Counted from the first letter of the stretch, positions 20,395-29,695 are shown. The stretch: 64,000 nt of DNA from Candidatus Daviesbacteria bacterium RIFCSPHIGHO2_12_FULL_37_16 (GCA_001776785.1 MFDF01000002.1:6894-70893); one strand, 5' to 3'. Program-made: numbers and translations. The notes: generated by a model not told the origin, from the sequence alone.

Positions 20395-21259
20395 GCTAAC
20401 TGTATCTATTGTTAACTATAATGGTGGACAGTTTATTATTGACTGCCTTAACCTGGTTAAATTATTAAGTAATGAAGTAAGTTTAAAAGTATATGTTGTG
20501 GATAACGCATCTAAGGATGGAAGTATTGAAAAGATTCAAGAAAACTTTCCTGAAGTAGAAACTATAATAAATAAAGAAAATTTAGGTTTTGGTAAATCTC
20601 AAAATCTAGTATTAAAAAAAACTAAAGATGAATACATTTTAATCCTTAACCCTGATGTTGAAATTAAAAAAGGAGTATTAAAAAAACTATTAGAATATTT
20701 AGAGAGTCATAAGAACATAGGAGTGATAACGCCAAAGATAATTTTGCAGAATGGAGAATTAGACTTAGCTGCGCATAGAGGATTTCCAACTCCATTAGCT
20801 TCTTTTTTGTATACTTTTTTTAAAAATGATAGTTTGTATCATCTTACACAAAGAGATATGAATGAGATTCATGAAGTAGATTCAATTTCCGGGGCATTTT
20901 TTTTAACCAGAAAGGATGTTTTAGCTAGTGTTGGTTATTTTGATGAGGATTTTTTTATGTATGGGGAAGATATAGATTTGTGTTTCAGGATTAAGGAGGC
21001 AGGCTACAAAGTTGTTTACTATCCAGAAGTTGAAGTTATACACCATAAGGGTATATCCTCTGGACTTAAGAAAGATACCCAGAAAATGACAACAGCTGAT
21101 AAAGAAACAAAGATGAGGTCAGTTGATGCTTTTTATGAGGCTATGAAAATTTTTTATAGAAAACATTATGAAAAAAATTATGCTGCAATTGTAAACTGGC
21201 TTGTGTATTTAGGGATAAATTTAAAGTGGATGCAGGCAAAAAGGAAGCTTGTGGTATAA
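20387..21259 (+). CDS. glycosyltransferase family 2
   Basis: LTVSIVNYNGG...VVDNASKDGS and NPD motif. Confidence 0.65.
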   Translation: MDKLTVSIVNYNGGQFIIDCLNLVKLLSNEVSLKVYVVDNASKDGSIEKIQENFPEVETIINKENLGFGKSQNLVLKKTKDEYILILNPDVEIKKGVLKKLLEYLESHKNIGVITPKIILQNGELDLAAHRGFPTPLASFLYTFFKNDSLYHLTQRDMNEIHEVDSISGAFFLTRKDVLASVGYFDEDFFMYGEDIDLCFRIKEAGYKVVYYPEVEVIHHKGISSGLKKDTQKMTTADKETKMRSVDAFYEAMKIFYRKHYEKNYAAIVNWLVYLGINLKWMQAKRKLVV

Positions 21260-22409
21260 AATGAGGATTGGGATTGATGCCAGGTTGTACTCTGAGTCAG
21301 GGATTGGCAGGTATATAAGAAATCTTTTAAAGTATCTTCAAAAATTAGATAGAGAGAATGATTATTTTATTTTTTTACTAAGAAAAGATTTTGAAGATAT
21401 AAACTTCCCAAAAAATTTTACAAAAGTTTTAGCTGATTTTAGCTGGTATGGGATGGAGGAGCAGTATAAATTTCCAGGACTATTAAATAAATACAAACTA
21501 GATTTAGTCCATATTCCTCACTTTAATGTCCCAATTTTTTATCTAGGTAAAATGGTAGTAACTGTACATGATTTAATCCATCAAAATTTTTCTATGAATA
21601 GAGCTACAACTTTAGATCCATTTACATATAAGGTTAAACAGTTTGGATATTCAACTATTTTTAATTTAGCACTGAGAAATTCAAAAAAAATTATTGTTCC
21701 ATCAAATTATGTAAAAAGTGAGATTTTAAAAAAGTTTTCTGTTTATAAAGATAAGATTGTTGTAACTTATGAAGGGGTTGATGAAGAAATTTTAAAAATT
21801 AAAAATCAAATATCAAATAGAGAAATTGAAAAAACCATGAAACACTTAAATATTAAACCTCCATATATATTTTATGTGGGAAATGCGCACCCTCATAAAA
21901 ATGTTGAAGGTTTGATTAAAGCATTTTTGAGAATTCAGAATTTAGAGTTCAGAGTTCAGAATGGATATAAACTGAAGCTTGTTTTATCAGGAAGTGACCA
22001 TTATTTCTGGCAAAGACTAAAAAAGGAGAATATGCATAATGATATAATCTATACAGGATATGTAACAGATGAGCAGTTAGTTGCACTATATATGGGGGCA
22101 AAGGCTTTTGTAATGCCAAGTTTTGAGGAAGGATTTGGGATACCACTTTTGGAGGCAATGGCGCTGGGGACACCTGTTGTTTCTTCAGATGCTGCATCTT
22201 TAAAGGAAATAGGAGGGGATGGGGCAATTTATTTTGATCCAAATAATTTAGTGGAAATGGAAAGTAAAATTAAAGAGGTTTTAAATAATGAGAAATTAAG
22301 AAAAGAGTTAGTGGAAAAAGGGAGAGAAAGAGTAAAAGAGTTTAGTTGGGAAAAATTAGCAAAAGAAACTTTAGAGATTTATCAGCAAAAAGCAGAACAC
22401 CATGGATGA
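21249..22409 (+). CDS. glycosyltransferase family 1 (GT4)
   Basis: EAMALGTPVVSSDAASLKEIGGDGAIYFDP. Confidence 0.7.
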   Translation: MWYKMRIGIDARLYSESGIGRYIRNLLKYLQKLDRENDYFIFLLRKDFEDINFPKNFTKVLADFSWYGMEEQYKFPGLLNKYKLDLVHIPHFNVPIFYLGKMVVTVHDLIHQNFSMNRATTLDPFTYKVKQFGYSTIFNLALRNSKKIIVPSNYVKSEILKKFSVYKDKIVVTYEGVDEEILKIKNQISNREIEKTMKHLNIKPPYIFYVGNAHPHKNVEGLIKAFLRIQNLEFRVQNGYKLKLVLSGSDHYFWQRLKKENMHNDIIYTGYVTDEQLVALYMGAKAFVMPSFEEGFGIPLLEAMALGTPVVSSDAASLKEIGGDGAIYFDPNNLVEMESKIKEVLNNEKLRKELVEKGRERVKEFSWEKLAKETLEIYQQKAEHHG

Positions 22410-22473
22410 ATCTGTTGATGAATGCTTTTACCGCGAAGATACCATGGCTTTAGCCGTGGAGCTTCATAGGAAT

Positions 22474-23358
22474 TCATAGTTTTTCAATTACTCTAAGCTT
22501 TCCTGAGCGGGCGCGGGGGTTTTTAGAAATTTCTTCTTCAGTTGGTTCAAGAGGTTTGTCTGTTAATATTTTGGCTTTACCAGATGTTTCGAATTCTTTA
22601 AAAGAGTTTTTGACAATCCTGTCTTCCAGGGAGTGGAAGCTGATGATTGTAAGGCGGCCGCCTGGTTCTAACACTTCAAAAGCTTGGGGGAGAGTATCTT
22701 TTAGGGTATTTAGTTCATCATTAACAACAATCCTCAAAGCTTGAAAAACCCTGGTTGCAGGATGAGTCCTGTCTGAGGGAGTTCTTCTTCTGACAGATAA
22801 AATTATATTAGCCAGTTCATTGGTAGTTTCGATTTGTTTCTTTTTTCTATACTCCACAATTTTTCTGGCAATCTGTCTGGAAAAATTCTCCTCTCCTAAT
22901 TTCCAGAAAAGTTCTGCCAGTTCCTTTTCATGAAGACCATTTATTAAGTCTTTGGCAGTTGCAGTGTTTTTAGTCTGGTCCATTCTCATATCTAATGAAG
23001 CATCTTTATTAAAACTAAAGCCTCTTTCTGCTTTTTCCAACTGATGAGTAGATATTCCCAGATCAAACAAAATTCCTAAGGGTTTGATATTATATTTTCT
23101 AACAATTTGCTCTAGGTGGATAAAATTGTTATGTTCTAAAATTAATCTGCCTGAACTTAGATACCCACTAAGTTTATCTGAGACTTCCTTGATGGAACTG
23201 TGGTCTAAGTCTATCCCCAAAACATTGCCGCCCTTTTCCAGAATCCCTTTAGTGTGGCCACCTCCTCCAAGATTGCAATCTATGTACCACATACCTGGTT
23301 TGATATCCATGTATCCTAGTACCTCGTTAAGCATGGCAGGCTTGTGATAATTGCTCAT
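22474..23358 (-). CDS. rsmH: 16S rRNA (cytosine1402-N4)-methyltransferase RsmH (MraW)
   Basis: N-terminal HKPAMLNEVL...DCNLGGGGHT, a full-length match to the RsmH family. Located about 7 kb from, and on the opposite strand to, the dcw cluster. Confidence 0.85.
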   Translation of the reverse strand: MSNYHKPAMLNEVLGYMDIKPGMWYIDCNLGGGGHTKGILEKGGNVLGIDLDHSSIKEVSDKLSGYLSSGRLILEHNNFIHLEQIVRKYNIKPLGILFDLGISTHQLEKAERGFSFNKDASLDMRMDQTKNTATAKDLINGLHEKELAELFWKLGEENFSRQIARKIVEYRKKKQIETTNELANIILSVRRRTPSDRTHPATRVFQALRIVVNDELNTLKDTLPQAFEVLEPGGRLTIISFHSLEDRIVKNSFKEFETSGKAKILTDKPLEPTEEEISKNPRARSGKLRVIEKL

Positions 23359-23384
23359 ATATTTTTTTCTGATACAATCATACC

Positions 23385-24455
23385 ATGCGTGTAGCCTTAG
23401 TTCATGATGATTTAGTGCAGTGGGGAGGAGCAGAAAGGGTTTTATATGCTTTAACAGAACTTTTTCCTAATGCTCCAATTTATACTTCAGTTTTTGATAG
23501 GTCGAATAAAAGACTGCACAACCTGTTTAAGGATAAAGATATTAGGACTTCTTTTATGCAGAAAATTCCCGGATGGAAATATTTATACAAATCATTAATG
23601 CCTGTTTATCCAATTGCCTTTGAACAATTTGATTTTTCTAATTTTGATTTGGTTGTTTCCCATACAACAAGGTTTGCAAAGTGCATAATTACAAAGCCTG
23701 AGACAAAACATGTTAGTTTAATGCATACCCCTCCCAGGTTTTTATGGAACTATTCCGGGGTAACATACAATAAGTTTTTAAACTTTTTATTTGGATTTTT
23801 GAGGATTCTTGACAGGATAAGTGCAATTAGAGTTGATGAAATTATAAGCTGTTCAAATAATGCCCAAAAGAGAGTCAGGAAAAATTATGATGTAGAAACT
23901 AAAGTAATACAGCCCTTTGTTGAGAAGGAGAGGTTTTTAAATAAGGATCCTTTTAATGGAGGATATTATTTGATTATTTCCAGATTGAATGATTATAAAA
24001 AAATTGATTTAGCTATCAATGTGTTTAATAAAAATGGCAACAGGTTAAGAATTGTTGGCAAGGGTCCAATGGAGGAAAGATTAAAAGAAATGGCGCAGGA
24101 AAATATTGATTTTTTGGGAAATGTGAGTGAAAAGTTATTAAATGAAGTTATTTTGGGATGTAAGGCAATGATAATTTTAGCTGAGGAAGATTTTGGTTTA
24201 ACATCCCTTGAGGCACAAGCTGCAGGAAAAGGTGTGATAGCTTATAAAAAAGGAGGAGTGTTAGAAACTGTGATAAATGGGGAAACCGGTATTTTATTTA
24301 ATGAGCAGACAGAGAAAGCTTTAGAGGAAGCCCTAAACAAATTTGAAAAATCTAATTTCAGCAAACAAAAATGTATGATGAATGCAAGGAATTTTTCCAG
24401 GGAAAAATTTGACCATTTGGTATTGACCCACTGCATCAACTCAATTAATGTATAA
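23385..24455 (+). CDS. glycosyltransferase family 1 (GT4)
   Basis: GT4 C-terminal domain (AEEDFGLTSLEAQAAGKGVIAYKKGG). Confidence 0.65.
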   Translation: MRVALVHDDLVQWGGAERVLYALTELFPNAPIYTSVFDRSNKRLHNLFKDKDIRTSFMQKIPGWKYLYKSLMPVYPIAFEQFDFSNFDLVVSHTTRFAKCIITKPETKHVSLMHTPPRFLWNYSGVTYNKFLNFLFGFLRILDRISAIRVDEIISCSNNAQKRVRKNYDVETKVIQPFVEKERFLNKDPFNGGYYLIISRLNDYKKIDLAINVFNKNGNRLRIVGKGPMEERLKEMAQENIDFLGNVSEKLLNEVILGCKAMIILAEEDFGLTSLEAQAAGKGVIAYKKGGVLETVINGETGILFNEQTEKALEEALNKFEKSNFSKQKCMMNARNFSREKFDHLVLTHCINSINV

Positions 24456-24478
24456 TGGCCCAGTTTTTTTAAAAGCTT

Positions 24479-25108
24479 ATGCTTTATGATTTTTTGAAAA
24501 GGACTTTGGATATTTTAGGCTCGCTTGTAGGCATCGTACTTTTGTCTCCGCTGCTTTTAGCTTCTGCTTTGGCAATAAAACTTAATTCCTCAGGACCTAT
24601 GCTTGCTGACACTCCTATGAGGGTTGGCAAGGAAGGTAAGCTTTTTAAGATGCACAAATTCAGGTCAATGGTTGTGGATGCCTTGGAGATATTACAAAAG
24701 GATCCTGAGCTTTTAAAACAATACAAGAAAAATAGCTTTAAGATTGAAAATGACCCCAGAGTTACAAGAGTTGGAAAGTTTATCAGGAAATTTTCCATTG
24801 ATGAGCTGCCTCAGCTTTGGAATATTTTAAAAGGAGATATGAGTATTGTCGGACCAAGGGCCTACTATCCTTTTGAACTCGCAGAGCAGCAAAAGAAATA
24901 CCCAAATTCTAAAGAATTTGTTAAGATAATATTATCAGCAAAACCTGGGCTGACAGGAGTGTGGCAGGTTTCCGGGAGGTCCCAGATTAACTTCGATAAG
25001 AGGGTGGAGATGGATGCCCAGTATGTACAAAGAAGGTCTATATTGTATGATATATATCTTATCTTAAGGACTGTCCCTGCGGTACTGTTAGGTAGAGGAG
25101 CAGTGTAA
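24479..25108 (+). CDS. sugar transferase (small monotopic phosphoglycosyltransferase, PglC/WbaP C-terminal domain type)
   Basis: Single N-terminal TM then Bac_transf motifs (KFRSM, DELPQLWN, MSIVGPRA). Confidence 0.75.
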   Translation: MLYDFLKRTLDILGSLVGIVLLSPLLLASALAIKLNSSGPMLADTPMRVGKEGKLFKMHKFRSMVVDALEILQKDPELLKQYKKNSFKIENDPRVTRVGKFIRKFSIDELPQLWNILKGDMSIVGPRAYYPFELAEQQKKYPNSKEFVKIILSAKPGLTGVWQVSGRSQINFDKRVEMDAQYVQRRSILYDIYLILRTVPAVLLGRGAV

Positions 25109-25120
25109 GTTTGCCCAATT

Positions 25121-27013
25121 ATGCCTTTAACTAATCTGAACAAAAAATACGATAGAAGAGAGAGATATTCTTATCATCCACAAAAAAAAGGAAATAAAGC
25201 TAAGAGGATTTTTACAATAATCTTAATCCTTTTTATTGCTTTAGCTATTCCCTCATTTTTTGCCTACCAAAGTGCAAAAAAACTGTCGTTTAATGCAAAA
25301 AGGGCAGCAGAAGGGTTTAAAAATGGCAATTTTGCAGAGGTAAAACTGGGAGTAGATGAGATGAAGAATGCCAGTTCTGCACTAAACCTTTCTGTTGATG
25401 CAATGATTTGGGTAAGAGTTATCCCATTTTTGGGTGATTATTATGGAGATGCCAGGCACTTTGCCAAAGCTGGGAACAATGAGCTTAGGGCTGCCCAAAA
25501 GATTGTGGATATTATTGAACCCTCTAAAAATGAATTGGGATTGAATGGGGCTCCTATGGCTGGACCTGAAAAAATCGCCCAGATGGTCAAGATTATGGAT
25601 AAGGTAATCCCTGAGCTTGATAAGATCTCCCCTGAGCTAAAAAAAGCCAGCGATGAGGTTAAAAGTATAAAAGTTGAGAAGTATCCTGAGAAGGTGGGTA
25701 AATACAATGTGCGCTCACTGGTGGATACTGGAAAAAACTTTATTATGGGTGCCAGTGTAGCTGCAACAGACCACAAAGAAGCCCTGCAGGTGGCTCCCAG
25801 AGCCTTGGGGCAGCCAGACCCTAAAAATTACCTGTTAATTTTCCAAAATGATAAAGAGATTAGAGCTACAGGAGGGTTTATGACTGCTTATGCCTTTTTG
25901 AAGCTGGATAAGGGTAAGGTTGATTCCTCCCAGTCTGATGATATTTACCATCTTGATGAGAAATTATTAGATGTTTGTTTGAGAAAGATTTGTCCTTTAG
26001 CCCCGCCTGAACCTTTGGTTAAATACTTGCCTGAGGCTGATGGTAAACCAAGACAAGCCTGGAGCCTTAGGGATGCTAATTTATCCCCTGATGTGCCCAC
26101 TTCTATGAAGCAGTTTGAGAAGATGTACTCATTTATTGGGGAGGGGACACCCTGGGATGGGATTATTTTAATAGATACCCATGTTGTGGAGGAATTAATC
26201 AAGATTACAGGCCCAATTGAGGTTTATGGGACAACTTATTCTGCTGAAAATGATAACAGGTGTAACTGTCCAAATGTGATCTTTGAGCTTGAGAATTATG
26301 CACAGATTATAGAGAGGGGGGAAAAGGACAGAAAAGCTATTTTAGGGGCCTTAATGCAGCAAATTTTAGCTAAATCTTTAGAGACTTCAACTGAGAAGAT
26401 GCCTGAGTTTATTAATGTGGGTGTGAAGCTGGCTAACTCTAAAAATATGCTCTTTTATATGCATGATCAAAAAACACAGGATGCTTTAGCTAAGCTTAAC
26501 TGGACTGGGCAGATTAAAGAAGTTGGTGGAGATTACCTTCATATTAATGATTCTAATTTTGCAGGAGGTAAGTCTAATTTGTATGTGGAGGAGAAGGTTG
26601 AGCTGGATATAAATATTAAAGATGGGAAAGTTAAGAATAAGCTCACTATTGAGTATAAAAACCCATCACAGCCTAAATCATGGTTAAATAATGTGGTAAA
26701 CAGGGACTATATAAGGGTTTATGTGCCAATGGGGGCAAAACTTTCTGCAAATAAGGGATCTGATGCAGCTGTGCAAACTAAGGATGAGTTAGGGAAGACT
26801 TATTTTGATGCTTTTATTCAAGTGAGACCTGCAAATTCAAGGGTAATTAGCTTTGAGTATGAGCTTCCAAATAGTTTTTCTGGAAAAGAGTATCCACTCT
26901 TAATCCAAAAACAGCCAGGATCTAAAGATTTTGAATATACAGTTAAGGTAAATGGCAAACAGAAAGCAAAGTTTAATCTAGATTCTGATAAAGAGTTAAA
27001 GCTGAGTATTTAA
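25121..27013 (+). CDS. DUF4012-like membrane-anchored extracytoplasmic protein
   Basis: N-terminal TM helix and a ~600 aa soluble region. The architecture, and its position next to a phosphoglycosyltransferase, is typical of DUF4012 proteins in Gram-positive and CPR polysaccharide loci. Recalled from memory. Confidence 0.45.
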   Translation: MPLTNLNKKYDRRERYSYHPQKKGNKAKRIFTIILILFIALAIPSFFAYQSAKKLSFNAKRAAEGFKNGNFAEVKLGVDEMKNASSALNLSVDAMIWVRVIPFLGDYYGDARHFAKAGNNELRAAQKIVDIIEPSKNELGLNGAPMAGPEKIAQMVKIMDKVIPELDKISPELKKASDEVKSIKVEKYPEKVGKYNVRSLVDTGKNFIMGASVAATDHKEALQVAPRALGQPDPKNYLLIFQNDKEIRATGGFMTAYAFLKLDKGKVDSSQSDDIYHLDEKLLDVCLRKICPLAPPEPLVKYLPEADGKPRQAWSLRDANLSPDVPTSMKQFEKMYSFIGEGTPWDGIILIDTHVVEELIKITGPIEVYGTTYSAENDNRCNCPNVIFELENYAQIIERGEKDRKAILGALMQQILAKSLETSTEKMPEFINVGVKLANSKNMLFYMHDQKTQDALAKLNWTGQIKEVGGDYLHINDSNFAGGKSNLYVEEKVELDINIKDGKVKNKLTIEYKNPSQPKSWLNNVVNRDYIRVYVPMGAKLSANKGSDAAVQTKDELGKTYFDAFIQVRPANSRVISFEYELPNSFSGKEYPLLIQKQPGSKDFEYTVKVNGKQKAKFNLDSDKELKLSI

Positions 27014-27092
27014 TTTTTTCCTAAACATTAAGTAAAGAAACCCAAAAGGATGAATTCTTGAGATGAATAGTGTATAATTATAGGATACTATA

Positions 27093-27455
27093 ATGAATAG
27101 GGAAAATATATTTGAATTTGGAAAAAAAACTCTTTTGGCGGGAGGGTTAGCTATTTTAGCTCATGGTGCTGTTTTAGCTGAATCAATTGTGGAAGGGCAG
27201 CAATATAACCAAAAATTGCAAGGTATTGGAGTAGATAAATTTGAAAATACAAATTTATATCTTATAAGACACAACACTTCAAAAACTGAGGATCTTTCAT
27301 TAGAAGAATTGCTCAGGAAGGCATTAAATGATATTCGAAGAGAAAATTCTGATTGTAAATTATATACACTCCTCCCAATTACAATTCCTGACCAAAGTCC
27401 CGAGGAATCTTTTTATATGGTTGCTACTGATTGTTACTCAACTTCAAACCAATAA
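27093..27455 (+). CDS. hypothetical small secreted protein
   Basis: Hydrophobic signal-like N-terminus (LLAGGLAILAHGAVLA). No known motif. Confidence 0.3.
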   Translation: MNRENIFEFGKKTLLAGGLAILAHGAVLAESIVEGQQYNQKLQGIGVDKFENTNLYLIRHNTSKTEDLSLEELLRKALNDIRRENSDCKLYTLLPITIPDQSPEESFYMVATDCYSTSNQ

Positions 27456-27491
27456 CTTGATTCATTAGTTATTTAATTTTAAACTTCAAAA

Positions 27492-28127
27492 ATGCCTGCT
27501 GTTACTACTGAAGGACTTATTTTAAGAAGGTCTAATTTTGGGGAGGCTGATAGGGTTTTGACTGTTTTAACTGACAGATATGGGAAGATTTCTGTGATTG
27601 CAAGAGGGGTGAGGAAGATTACCAGCAGGAGGGCTGGGAATATAGAAATTTTAAACAGGGTTAAGCTGCATTTATTTAAAGCTAAAAGTTATACACTTTC
27701 TGAGGCAGAGAGTATTGAAACATTTCAAGTTGTTAAAGATAATTTAACATTGGCTACAACTGCATTCCATATCCTGGAATTAGTAGACAGGTTGGTGGTT
27801 GAGGAGCAGAGAAATCCTCAGGTTTACAGTTTAACTGTTGCTGTTTTGCATTTACTGGAAAAAAACCCCAGACAGATTTTTATCAGGGCTTTTGAGGTGA
27901 AACTATTAAGTGTATTAGGATTTTGGTCTATAGATGCAATTAAAGATTTATCTAATGATCAGAAAATATTACTTATGAAATTAGAGGAATTTTCCTGGGA
28001 CCAAATTGAGGAGATGGAGATTTTAAGCGAGCAGGCTGTAGCTTTGGAGAGGATTTTAAGATATTATATGGAGAGAATACTTGAGTCTAAGCTCAAGAGT
28101 GTGAATGTGATGAAGGAGTTAAAGTAA
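27492..28127 (+). CDS. recO: DNA repair protein RecO
   Basis: N-terminal OB-fold sequence (EGLILRRSNFGEADRVLTVLTDRYGKISVIARGVRK) typical of RecO. Confidence 0.75.
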   Translation: MPAVTTEGLILRRSNFGEADRVLTVLTDRYGKISVIARGVRKITSRRAGNIEILNRVKLHLFKAKSYTLSEAESIETFQVVKDNLTLATTAFHILELVDRLVVEEQRNPQVYSLTVAVLHLLEKNPRQIFIRAFEVKLLSVLGFWSIDAIKDLSNDQKILLMKLEEFSWDQIEEMEILSEQAVALERILRYYMERILESKLKSVNVMKELK

Positions 28128-28147
28128 TATTTTTAACAGTAATGTTT

Positions 28148-28272
28148 AAGTCGCTCATCAGAGCACAAAGTACCGCTCGGACCGAATTCCTCGCTGTAGG
28201 ATCGCAAGTTACCAGGCAACTGCATAACTTGCTCTCCAACTACTTTGTTGCTTCTGATTTCGCGACTTTGCA
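28148..28272 (+). ncRNA. conserved structured intergenic element, copy A (candidate novel ncRNA or cis-regulatory RNA)
   Basis: GC-rich 125 nt in a 257-nt gap. Shares sequence blocks and three helices whose stems differ in sequence but stay complementary with 63446-63576: hairpin GCAAGTTA/TAACTTGC with conserved loop TACCAGGCAACTGCA, helix ACAAAGT/ACTTTGT, and mini-hairpin GGA-CCGAAT-TCC. Confidence 0.4.
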
Positions 28273-28384
28273 AATTTTAAATAATTATGAATAGTGATCA
28301 AAATTTAATGGAAAAAATTGTAGCCCTTTGTAAGGAAACCTTGTTTTTGTTCGCTCCGCTCACAAAAATAAAAGAAGGGTTAAG

Positions 28385-29695
28385 ATGATTAATGATTTAA
28401 TGGATAAGATAGTAGCTTTGTGTAAGCGACGTGGATTTGTTTATCCTGGGTCTGAGATTTATGGAGGGTTAGCTGGAACTTGGGATTATGGACCTGCAGG
28501 TGCATTAATGAAGAAAAATTTGAAAGATCTCTGGTGGAAAGAGATGGTTCAATTAAGAGATGATGTTGTTGGGCTTGACGGGGCAATTATGATGAACCCC
28601 AGGGCATGGGAGGCATCAGGGCATGTTGAAGCTTTTGTTGACCCCCTGGTTGAGTGCAAAATTTGCCACCAAAGATTTAGGGCAGATAAATTAGAAGAGA
28701 TTGAAGAGCATACCAAAAACCATGGGGGTATGATGGTTGACTGGACTGAGCCAGAGCAGTTTAACCTATTGGTTAAAGCGTATTTGGGCGTTATTGAGGG
28801 AAAACAGTCTGAGATTTATTTAAGAGGAGAAATTACTAATGGTGTCCATGTAAATTTTAAAAATGTAATGGACTCAACAAGAGTAAAAATTCCTTTTGGA
28901 ATTGCCCAGATTGGAAAAGCTTTCAGGAATGAGATTACTCCAGGAAATTTTACTTTTAGATCCAGAGAGTTTGAACAGATGGAGGTCCAGTTTTATATAA
29001 AGCCAGTAGATGAAGAAGGTAAGAAGTGGTTTGAATACTGGAAGCAAAACAGGATGGACTGGTATTTATCATTAGGTATGAAAAAAGAAAACTTAAGGTT
29101 CAGGGACCATGAAGACAAGGAAAGGGCGCATTATGCAAAGGCTGCAACTGATATTGAATACAATGCCCCCTGGGGTTGGCAGGAGTTTATGGGAATTCAT
29201 CATCGTGGTGACTGGGATTTATCTAGACATGAAAAATTTAGCGGACAAAATTTAAAGGTCCGCGATATTGAGACAAATGAGGAATACTTTCCTTGGGACA
29301 TTGAGACATCTGCAGGTGTAGATAGATCTTTTCTTTTTTTACTTATTGATTCATATAGGGCAGAGGGAGGAAGAGTTTGGTTGCAACTTGATCCAAGGCT
29401 TGCTCCATATAAAGTGGCTGTATTTCCTCTATTGGGTAACAAACCGGAACTTATAGATAAAGCTAAAAAGATTTTTAATGATTTAAAGAAAGATTATATG
29501 ATTGCCTGGGATGATAGGGGGAATATTGGGAAAAGATATGCTAGCCAGGATGAAATTGGTACTCCCTATTGCATTACTGTAGATTTTGATACACTAGAAG
29601 ATGAAAGTGTGACAGTGAGGGATAGGGATAGTGCAAAACAGGAGAGAGTGAAGATTGCTGAATTGAAGCAATATATAATGGAAAGATTAAGGTAG
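28385..29695 (+). CDS. glyQS: glycine--tRNA ligase, alpha2 (archaeal/eukaryotic-like) type
   Basis: Full-length class II GlyRS similarity from the N-terminus (DKIVALCKRRGFVYPGSEIYGGLAGTWDYGP). Good SD (AAGAAGGG) upstream. Confidence 0.85.
   Translation: MINDLMDKIVALCKRRGFVYPGSEIYGGLAGTWDYGPAGALMKKNLKDLWWKEMVQLRDDVVGLDGAIMMNPRAWEASGHVEAFVDPLVECKICHQRFRADKLEEIEEHTKNHGGMMVDWTEPEQFNLLVKAYLGVIEGKQSEIYLRGEITNGVHVNFKNVMDSTRVKIPFGIAQIGKAFRNEITPGNFTFRSREFEQMEVQFYIKPVDEEGKKWFEYWKQNRMDWYLSLGMKKENLRFRDHEDKERAHYAKAATDIEYNAPWGWQEFMGIHHRGDWDLSRHEKFSGQNLKVRDIETNEEYFPWDIETSAGVDRSFLFLLIDSYRAEGGRVWLQLDPRLAPYKVAVFPLLGNKPELIDKAKKIFNDLKKDYMIAWDDRGNIGKRYASQDEIGTPYCITVDFDTLEDESVTVRDRDSAKQERVKIAELKQYIMERLR

Noticed and set aside
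157-27013. Horizontally acquired genomic island (mobile element) interpretation of the glycan locus
   Set aside because: No integrase, transposase, flanking direct repeats or compositional break was seen. GC content and codon style match the rest of the window, and rsmH is embedded in it.
28148-28272. SRP (4.5S) RNA, suggested by UUACCAGG in the hairpin loop region
   Set aside because: Domain IV hallmarks (GGAA tetraloop, AGCAG/GNAR symmetric-loop motifs) are absent, and the element occurs in multiple copies.
28128-28384. T-box riboswitch upstream of glyQS (and likewise 43702-43863 upstream of ileS)
   Set aside because: No T-box consensus (AGGGUGGNACCGCG-like antiterminator sequence) or specifier-loop architecture is visible. 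The same element recurs upstream of unrelated genes (htpX, a GT2), so it is not an aminoacyl-tRNA-synthetase-specific leader.
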